Source of the DNA: Methanobacteriota archaeon
GTDB lineage: Archaea; Undinarchaeota; Undinarchaeia; Undinarchaeales; Undinarchaeaceae
Reading direction: 5' to 3'
Length of the DNA: 64,000 nt
Assembly (NCBI GenBank): GCA_002687935.1
Contig: NZBN01000002.1
Location: 38,484 to 102,483 of the forward strand
Positions 56,812 to 64,000 of the stretch are shown piece after piece. The stretch's first letter is position 1. Each line of letters starts with the position of its first letter. The notes under the pieces are model-generated. The model saw nothing but the letters and a program-made list of their open reading frames with translations, did not search any database and was not told the origin of the DNA. The position numbers were made by a program, and so were the translations under genes.

Positions 56812-59091
56812 ATGACAGAACGCTATTTACTTACTTGTGCGCTTCCATACGCGAACGGGCCTCTGCACGTGGGCCACATTAGGTCCACTTATCTCCCTGG
56901 AGACGTATACGCGCGCTACCTTCGACTTAGAGGAAAGGAATCACTATTTATCTGCTCTACAGACGAGCACGGAACACCAATAACGGTCAGCGCGGAAAAG
57001 GAGGGAATAAGCCCGATTAAGATTGCCGAAAAGTACCACAAGATAATAAAGGGAAATTTTGAGGGATTAAATATAAAATTTGACCATTTTTCAAGGACCA
57101 GTAGCCCAACAAACATTAAGAAGGCACAGGAATTCTTCACGGAAGCGGAGAAACGCGGACATATTTACACAAAAGAAGTTGACCAGTACTACTGCGAGCA
57201 CTGCTCAAGATTTCTTCCGGACCGCTATGTTGAAGGAGAATGCCCCGACTGCGGCGCAGAGGGCGCAAGAGGAGACCACTGTGAAAAATGTGCACAAGCT
57301 CTGAGCGAACTTGTCAAGCCAAGATGTATGATATGTAGCAGCAGGCCCGAAATGAAGAAGACTGAGCACTGGTTTTTCAAGCTTACTTCATTCAAGGGCG
57401 AGCTTTCTAAATTCTTAGACAGTGACGAGCTTCCGGACAATGTAAAAAACTATGCAGTAACATGGCTGGAAAAGTTGGAAGATTGGTGTATTACAAGAGA
57501 TATGAACTGGGGAGTTCCTGTACCTGTAAAGAACAACAAAGGAAAGGTCCTCTACGTCTGGTGGGATGCCCCTATCGGCTACATTTCAGCCACAGAAGAG
57601 TGGGGAAAGAAGACAGGGAATGACTGGGAGAAATACTGGACAGACTCAAAAATTGTCCACTTCATTGGAAAGGATATAATATACCATCACGCGCTTTTCT
57701 GGCCGGCGATGCTCAAAGCACACGGAAAATATTCACTGCCATGGACAATACCGGCAGGAGAATACCTAAGCCTTGAAGGTAAGAAAATGTCAACTTCAAG
57801 AAACTGGGTTATATGGATAGATGACTTTCTCAAGGACTATCCCGCAGACTATCTAAGATATTATCTTACTATAAATTCACCGCTGGACAGCGATATGGAC
57901 TTTTCCTGGGATGACTTCCAGGCAAGAATAAACAATGAACTTTCTGATGTTATTGGAAATTTTGTTCACAGAGTTCTCACATTCATAGAAAAATTCTACG
58001 ATGGAAAAGTTCCTGAACAAGCTGAATTAGATGACACAGGCCAGGCAATTATTGAAAAAATACAGAAAACACCAGACAATGCAGCGAAGCATATAGAGAA
58101 ATTCAAGTTTATGGACTCTCTGAAGGAAGTTCTTGCCCTTGCTGCGGCAGGAAATCAGTACCTAAATGAAAAGGCCCCTTGGAAAAACAAGGAAGACGGA
58201 ACTCCTCTAAATCTCTGCGCTTCCGTCGTAAATTCACTTGCAATACAGCTCAGCCCCTTTATGCCTGAAACAGCTCAAAAGATATGGGAACAGTTGGGAA
58301 GAGAAGGACTTGTTGAAGAGCAGGGCTGGGAAAACGCAAAAGACTTACTGGAAGCAGGTCACAGTATTGGAAAGCCGGCGCCTTTGATAGAAAAGGTGGA
58401 AATAGAGGAGAAAGAAGCTGAATTCTCAGGCAAAACAGTTGTTGTAGATAAAGAAATTAAAAAAACAATCGACAGCAAAGAACTTTCAGTGGCTCTTGCG
58501 GAAGTGACTGGTATAAATGTAAAGAGGCGGAGCCGACCTCTTGAAAGAGAAAAGAAGGAAGTTCTCGGAAAGGTGGAGAAAGGTAGAGAAAAGACTATGG
58601 ACTCATACCGCTACCTTCTTGAAGAAAGAGACAGAGGAAGTGAGGGACTTTCATCTGAGAATCTTATTGACTTTGTTAAAGAATCAAAAATGCTTCCGAA
58701 CATAAACACAGTTACAGATATTTACAATATGGAGGCTTTCAAAACAGGACTAATAATGGGAGTCTATGATGCAGAAAGAATTTTGGGCAATGTCAGATTA
58801 AAAGTCACAGACGGAACGGAAAAATTCACACCAATAGGAAGTTCGCGTCCCGCTAAAATAGAGAAGAACGAGTACGTTCTCGCAGATGAGGACGACAATG
58901 TGATAACTCGCTGGCTTACGAAGGAAAACGAGAGAGTGAAGGTTAGTCTGTACACAAGAAATGTAATTGTATGCGTCCAGGGAAATAAAGACCTCCCTCA
59001 AAAAGATATTGAAAAAACCCTTGAAAAAGTCTGCAAGAAGATTGTAGAAGTTGCCGGCGGACGCTACAAAATATTATATCCTAATCAATAA
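56812..59091 (+). CDS. metG: Methionine--tRNA ligase with C-terminal B3/4 domain
   Basis: LPYANGPLHVGH, TDEHG, zinc knuckles, WCITRD, KMSTS; C-terminal ~220 aa has SENL...LPNINTVTDIYN...GVYDAE...EKFTPIG...EYVLADE. Confidence 0.93.
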   Translation: MTERYLLTCALPYANGPLHVGHIRSTYLPGDVYARYLRLRGKESLFICSTDEHGTPITVSAEKEGISPIKIAEKYHKIIKGNFEGLNIKFDHFSRTSSPTNIKKAQEFFTEAEKRGHIYTKEVDQYYCEHCSRFLPDRYVEGECPDCGAEGARGDHCEKCAQALSELVKPRCMICSSRPEMKKTEHWFFKLTSFKGELSKFLDSDELPDNVKNYAVTWLEKLEDWCITRDMNWGVPVPVKNNKGKVLYVWWDAPIGYISATEEWGKKTGNDWEKYWTDSKIVHFIGKDIIYHHALFWPAMLKAHGKYSLPWTIPAGEYLSLEGKKMSTSRNWVIWIDDFLKDYPADYLRYYLTINSPLDSDMDFSWDDFQARINNELSDVIGNFVHRVLTFIEKFYDGKVPEQAELDDTGQAIIEKIQKTPDNAAKHIEKFKFMDSLKEVLALAAAGNQYLNEKAPWKNKEDGTPLNLCASVVNSLAIQLSPFMPETAQKIWEQLGREGLVEEQGWENAKDLLEAGHSIGKPAPLIEKVEIEEKEAEFSGKTVVVDKEIKKTIDSKELSVALAEVTGINVKRRSRPLEREKKEVLGKVEKGREKTMDSYRYLLEERDRGSEGLSSENLIDFVKESKMLPNINTVTDIYNMEAFKTGLIMGVYDAERILGNVRLKVTDGTEKFTPIGSSRPAKIEKNEYVLADEDDNVITRWLTKENERVKVSLYTRNVIVCVQGNKDLPQKDIEKTLEKVCKKIVEVAGGRYKILYPNQ

Positions 59092-59875
59092 CCTGCGGTA
59101 TCATTTTCAAAATGTCTGATGCTATAAAACTATAGCCAAATTGCCTGTAGCACTCATCACCAGCTCTGCCATTTACATATGCCGCATATTGAGCAGCATC
59201 ATAACTTGAAAGACCCTGTGCAAGGAAACCAGCAACGATTCCTGCAAGAACATCACCTGTGCCGCCAACAGTCATTCCGGCATTTCCGCTTTTGTTAAGG
59301 TAAGTCTTTTTTCCGTCAGAGACTATATCACGCGGGGCCTTCAATAAAACGACGCACTTGTTTTCCTTTGCAAAATTAGTAACATTAAGTTTTGTGGCGT
59401 TCTTTCCTGACAGCATCTCAAATTCAAGACGATGGGGAGTAAGAACGACTTCCTTGCCTTTGAGAATAGAAAGGTCATCAAAAATTGCTCTGAGTCCGTC
59501 GGCATCTATAACCAGTGGCTTGTCAACTTCAAGTATAAACTCCTTAGCAGCGGCAAGAGACCTCTCATCGCGACCCAGACCAGGACCAATTACAACGCTA
59601 TTAGCTTTCCTGACAAACTTTTCAAGCTCCTCAACATGCCTGTGCTCAAAAATATTCCCATGTAAAGGCAGTGTAATAAAATCAGGAAGCCAGTTAGCGC
59701 ATACATCTGCAGCCCGATAAGGAGCAGCAATATAAACTATGTCCACTCCGCTACGGAAGGCAGCTTCTCCTGTAAGAGATGGAGCACCAGTATATCGTTC
59801 AGAACCGCCAACTACAAGAACACGTCCATTACTTCCCTTGTGCGAATCTGAATGTCTTTCCAATGAAATCTTCAT
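59081..59875 (-). CDS. nnrD: ADP/ATP-dependent NAD(P)H-hydrate dehydratase
   Basis: HKGSNGRVLVVGGS, IGPGLG, IDADGL, LTPHRLEF, GGTGDVLAG. Confidence 0.93.
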   Translation of the reverse strand: MKISLERHSDSHKGSNGRVLVVGGSERYTGAPSLTGEAAFRSGVDIVYIAAPYRAADVCANWLPDFITLPLHGNIFEHRHVEELEKFVRKANSVVIGPGLGRDERSLAAAKEFILEVDKPLVIDADGLRAIFDDLSILKGKEVVLTPHRLEFEMLSGKNATKLNVTNFAKENKCVVLLKAPRDIVSDGKKTYLNKSGNAGMTVGGTGDVLAGIVAGFLAQGLSSYDAAQYAAYVNGRAGDECYRQFGYSFIASDILKMIPQVID

Positions 59876-59927
59876 ATTAATCTGGATATAGAATTGGACT
59901 TTATAAAGTTTGAGAAAAAAATTGTAG

Positions 59928-60002
59928 TGGGCCCGGCCGGATTTGAACCGGCGACCTTCCGATTATCAGTCGAACGCTCTAGCCAGACTAAGCCACGGGC
60001 CC
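59928..60002 (-). tRNA. tRNA-Ile(GAT)
   Basis: Reverse complement GGGCCCG...CGGGCCCA, anticodon arm TTCGA-CTGATAA-TCGGA. Confidence 0.95.
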
Positions 60003-60086
60003 AGAATTAGTGTTAAGGTACTTAGGAGTCTTATATATTTTTGCTGAGTGAATAAATATATAATTAGATTGGAACAAGTGACTTGC

Positions 60087-61256
60087 ATGATATCAGGGAA
60101 ATATCACTTCACATCAGAATCAGTTACGGAGGGGCATCCGGACAAGCTTTGCGACCAGATTTCAGACGGCGTTTTAGATGCAATTCTTGAGAAGGATTCA
60201 GAAGCAAGAGTGGCTGTTGAAACGATAGCAACGACAGGACTTGTAGTAGTTGCAGGAGAAGTCACTACAAAAGCATATGTAGACATTCAGAATGTTGTAA
60301 GAAAGGTCATAAAAGAGGCAGGCTACGACAAGCTTGGGGAAAGTGGCTTCAACTACGACGATTGCTCGGTTCTGGTTTCACTACACGAGCAAAGTCCAGA
60401 CATATCTCAAGGAGTTACTGCGAACGAAGAAGGAAGTAAAGAACAGGGAGCTGGGGACCAGGGATTAATGTTCGGATATGCAACAAATGAAACCGAAGAA
60501 TTAATGCCACTTCCAATAATACTTTCCCATAAACTCACCAAGAAAATGGCAGAGCTACGAAAAAACGGAGAAATAGAATGGATGAGAACAGATGGAAAGG
60601 CACAAGTTACTATAGAGTATGAAAATGGAAAGGCTCTAAGAGCAGATACAATTGTTGTCTCAACACAGCATTCTAGTGAGGTAGAGTATGCGCAAATAGT
60701 TGAGGAAATTAAAGAAAAGGTTATACAGCCAGTCTGTGGAAAGTGGGTGGATGAAAAAACAAACTATCACATAAATCCGACAGGAGCCTTCATAAAAGGA
60801 GGTCCAGGGGCAGATACAGGACTTACAGGAAGAAAAATTATTGTCGACACATATGGAGGAGTTGGAAGCCATGGAGGAGGATGCTTCTCAGGGAAAGACC
60901 CTTCAAAAGTCGACAGAAGCGCCTCATATATGGCAAGGCATGTGGCAAAGAATATTGTTGCCGCCGGGTTCGCAGATAAGTGTGAAATTCAGATTGCCTA
61001 CGCAATAGGAGTTTCAGAGCCAGTTTCTGTATATATTGATACTTTTGGAACAGGAAAATATACTGAAGCCGAAATAAAAGAGGCAGTTCTAAAGGTTTTT
61101 GATCTGAAACCCGGAGCAATAATAGATTACCTAAATTTGAAAAGACCAATATACAGAAAAACGGCAGCTTATGGACATTTTGGCAGAGAGGAAGCTGAAT
61201 TTACATGGGAGAAAACCGGCAGAGTTGAAGATTTGAAGAAAGCTATCGGCGCCTAG
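60087..61256 (+). CDS. metK: S-adenosylmethionine synthetase, bacterial/eukaryotic type
   Basis: [30 protein letters not shown]...[22 protein letters not shown]. Confidence 0.97.
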   Translation: MISGKYHFTSESVTEGHPDKLCDQISDGVLDAILEKDSEARVAVETIATTGLVVVAGEVTTKAYVDIQNVVRKVIKEAGYDKLGESGFNYDDCSVLVSLHEQSPDISQGVTANEEGSKEQGAGDQGLMFGYATNETEELMPLPIILSHKLTKKMAELRKNGEIEWMRTDGKAQVTIEYENGKALRADTIVVSTQHSSEVEYAQIVEEIKEKVIQPVCGKWVDEKTNYHINPTGAFIKGGPGADTGLTGRKIIVDTYGGVGSHGGGCFSGKDPSKVDRSASYMARHVAKNIVAAGFADKCEIQIAYAIGVSEPVSVYIDTFGTGKYTEAEIKEAVLKVFDLKPGAIIDYLNLKRPIYRKTAAYGHFGREEAEFTWEKTGRVEDLKKAIGA

Positions 61257-63114
61257 GTTTTGAGAGAAGTATTCTTTTTTGATTAGTGTAACTCAATATT
61301 GCAAAAAATACGACAAGTGCCCCAATTGCAAGAGGTAGTAATGTGTCTGAAGCCCAGGGCTCAGTCGAAGGTTCATCTGGAAAAGTAGATACCGTATTTT
61401 TCAACGCAGCGTGAGCTTCCGAAAGCCTGAGATAAAACATTGCATCCTCCAGCAAGTTTATGCTCTGAACTTTCTGAGACCTTTCAAGAAGGAAAAGGGC
61501 ATAGTCACGATATAACTCAGACCAGACTGAATCTTCTGTTTCCAGTGAAGAAAGCTCATCACCCAGGAAAAGAATTAGGTCTTCCAAACCACGGAGATTC
61601 ATTTCCTGCTGACTGTACATTTTTGTACTTGCAGCCATTGAATCCACATATGAAGCAACAAACCAGCTCTTGTTCAAATTCTCTTCTGCAAGGGAAACAT
61701 ACCAGAAAGGCCCGTACTCAGAAACATCATAGAATTGGCTTGCAAGTGAACTTGTGTTTACCAGACTTTCTACTGCAAGCTCACTAAATGTAGATGCATC
61801 AAAGCGTTCTCCTGATGCTTTGTCAACAGAAATATCATAAAAATTATCTGCAATCTCGAGCCAGCCTTCTGTAATTGCAAGAGTCCTGAATATTTCTTCC
61901 TCATCCTCTCCTTGAGAATAGAACTGCATTTCAGCCTGTGTCAGCCTCTGTTCTGCTGCGACAGCCCATTCATAGGAAACGCGGTCCGACGCATAGTGAT
62001 TAAGATTTTCCAAATCTATTTTTACAGCATCCAGTTTCCTTCCGACATCCGATATCCTGCTTCCAAGATAACTTAGACTGGAATCAACATCAAGAGAAGT
62101 GTATTTTATGAGATCTAGTGCAATGCGTGCATTTATGACGGATCTGAATGCATGGTTTGCGGCCCCGTATAAAACATTACTAGTGTATGCATTTTTTGAA
62201 ATTGAAAGCTCACTTATCGCTGAATCTATGTGAGAGATAACAACAGAGGACTGTGCACTGCTTAGATTGGTACTCACAAGACGACCCTCTACATCCTTGA
62301 TAAGTTCTGCTGCCTCACGGATAGTTTCATCTGCAAGACCTTTGAGAGGTTTGCTTGTTTCGCTAATATTGAGTTCTCCAAGAACAATACCAAGGTCTCC
62401 GCCAAAATCTACAGCAGTGGAGGGAAGTTTTCCATTAAGCATAATATCAATAACATCACTTATTGTGCGAACTGGCAAAATCTCTATACCAAAACTTTCC
62501 TCTCCATACTCAATTAAATTTAAGTAAATTGTTTCAGTGCGCATAATTGTCCAGCCAGGAGAGGGATGCTCTTCAACCTCAACAATAACAGGGATGAATT
62601 CCTGCTCACTTGGAATAAGAAATATTGTGTGCCCTGAATTTGCAGAAGCCTCAATTTTAGAAGGAAGACTTCCAACAGGACCGACGCTTCCGTCAGGCTC
62701 AATAGTTCCTGAAATTCCTACATCATCCCTCATCTCAGTTCCTGACATTGCGGAAATTATCGCTGTCGTAATTGCGGCACCCGCACTTGGACCGTCGATG
62801 CTTGAGGCATTTACTCTGAAAGTGACTATAATATCTTTATCAGAATGATCTATTCCAGTATACTTGCTGGCTATGTCTGCAGCAATTTTTTCTGAGTTTT
62901 GAGTCTGCAGACCAACAAAGGGTTCAGTATTCAGCAAAACTCTCCCTCTACCAGGAATTACCTCAATCTCTATTTCAGTAAGGACACCAAATCCATCAGG
63001 AGTGACAGCAGGAGCCATTATGCTAACAATATTTTCTGAGTCAGACACAACAGACGGCGCCATAATTATGAATATTATAAGTGTTATCGGCAGTAATCTC
63101 ATACGCATTTCCAT
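61243..63114 (-). CDS. Secreted, membrane-anchored S16 (Lon-protease-domain) peptidase lacking AAA+ module
   Basis: Signal peptide; DGPSAGAAI (Ser) and GPVGSLPSK (Lys); helical region; C-terminal TM. Confidence 0.85.
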   Translation of the reverse strand: MEMRMRLLPITLIIFIIMAPSVVSDSENIVSIMAPAVTPDGFGVLTEIEIEVIPGRGRVLLNTEPFVGLQTQNSEKIAADIASKYTGIDHSDKDIIVTFRVNASSIDGPSAGAAITTAIISAMSGTEMRDDVGISGTIEPDGSVGPVGSLPSKIEASANSGHTIFLIPSEQEFIPVIVEVEEHPSPGWTIMRTETIYLNLIEYGEESFGIEILPVRTISDVIDIMLNGKLPSTAVDFGGDLGIVLGELNISETSKPLKGLADETIREAAELIKDVEGRLVSTNLSSAQSSVVISHIDSAISELSISKNAYTSNVLYGAANHAFRSVINARIALDLIKYTSLDVDSSLSYLGSRISDVGRKLDAVKIDLENLNHYASDRVSYEWAVAAEQRLTQAEMQFYSQGEDEEEIFRTLAITEGWLEIADNFYDISVDKASGERFDASTFSELAVESLVNTSSLASQFYDVSEYGPFWYVSLAEENLNKSWFVASYVDSMAASTKMYSQQEMNLRGLEDLILFLGDELSSLETEDSVWSELYRDYALFLLERSQKVQSINLLEDAMFYLRLSEAHAALKNTVSTFPDEPSTEPWASDTLLPLAIGALVVFFAILSYTNQKRILLSKPRRR

Positions 63115-63151
63115 GCTCGCTATAACTCTTGGAAATATAAATAGTTTTGAG

Positions 63152-63868
63152 CTAGTTTTTGGAAGCTCTAAAAACACTCAAGAAACAAAAGCTTTGGAGC
63201 CATCTTCCAAACAGACTGTTTTCCAGCCTGTGCAACCAGAGAGATGCCTTCGGAGAAGCAAGAGTCCAAAGAGAGATTAAAGGGAAGGTAGGAAATATTC
63301 CTTTAGAGTCCTCAACAGAAAGTTCCTCGGCTATTAAATTTTTCCACTCTTTGTAGGTTCTTTCCCCTATGTGGTGCTCAGGAGATGCAGTTCTTGAAAA
63401 GCCACCAAGAAGAAAGACAAAGCGCCCGGCAATGTGTCCTATATTTGGAAGTGATATTATAGCAGTACCACCTTTTTTAAGAACTCTTTTTATTTCTGAA
63501 ACTGCCTTTTTCTGTCCGTTGTAATCAATATGTTCGAGAACGTCCAGACAAAGGATGACGTCAAAACTATTTGCCTTGAATGGCATATCCAAGATGCTAC
63601 CTCTCTTCACTAATTTGCTTTTGTAATTTAAATCCAGACCACTTATGTCAATGCCACTTTTTGAAAGCTCATCAACAAGGACTCCTTCACCGCAGCCGAC
63701 ATCAAGGAACTTACTTCCTTTTTTATTAAGATTTTTGCAGAGTTTTTTGACATATCTTTGTTTTTCTATAAAAATTGGATAGTAGAGCCACTTCTTATTC
63801 GGGTTTCGGTGATAGTCCCCTCTTGTTGAGTACTCACCAAAACCAATTGCATCTTTTGCCTTAGGCAT
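63152..63868 (-). CDS. Class I SAM-dependent methyltransferase
   Basis: FLDVGCGEG, PFKANSFDVILCLDVLEHI. Confidence 0.9.
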   Translation of the reverse strand: MPKAKDAIGFGEYSTRGDYHRNPNKKWLYYPIFIEKQRYVKKLCKNLNKKGSKFLDVGCGEGVLVDELSKSGIDISGLDLNYKSKLVKRGSILDMPFKANSFDVILCLDVLEHIDYNGQKKAVSEIKRVLKKGGTAIISLPNIGHIAGRFVFLLGGFSRTASPEHHIGERTYKEWKNLIAEELSVEDSKGIFPTFPLISLWTLASPKASLWLHRLENSLFGRWLQSFCFLSVFRASKN

Positions 63869-63910
63869 AACTGAATATCTTCAGTGTTGTGCTATAAAAA
63901 GATATTGAAA

Positions 63911-63994
63911 TGCGAGGGACAGGATTCGAACCTGCGTACCCACTAAGGGACTAGGCCCTCAACCTAGCACGTTTGACCACTCCGCCACCCTCGC
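63911..63994 (-). tRNA. tRNA-Leu(GAG)
   Basis: Reverse complement GCGAGGG...CCCTCGCA, anticodon arm CTAGG-TTGAGGG-CCTAG, long variable arm. Confidence 0.95.
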
Positions 63995-64000
63995 ATAACT

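Overview
64 kb of an AT-rich, very gene-dense archaeal chromosome. Archaeal markers include Cbf5, aRF1, aIF5A, L18e/L13/S9/RpoN, Nob1, archease-RtcB and Mre11/Rad50/HerA/NurA. The compact genes and bacterial-type accessory metabolism suggest a DPANN-like lineage (inference only). Most of the window is housekeeping: five intronless tRNAs, ValRS/ProRS/MetRS, a sufB-D-S-U-C operon running into archease-rtcB, a folate C1 cluster, ion transporters and surface proteins. I found no CRISPR array, integrase or transposase. Main unexplained signals: (1) a tandem pair of 111-nt units at 2591-2803 that fold into the same four-way-junction RNA, with six compensatory base-pair changes and an upstream TATA box, next to a VRR-NUC nuclease and a zinc-ribbon gene just downstream of tRNA-Ser; (2) a methionyl-tRNA synthetase with a C-terminal B3/4 (PheRS-beta-type editing) domain instead of the usual OB-fold; (3) a tandem paralog pair with a His-rich domain I do not recognise; (4) an orphan BrxD/DUF2791-like ATPase plus a zinc-ribbon partner. 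All family calls come from motif recognition by eye, without database searches. Several start codons were adjusted from the supplied ORF track.
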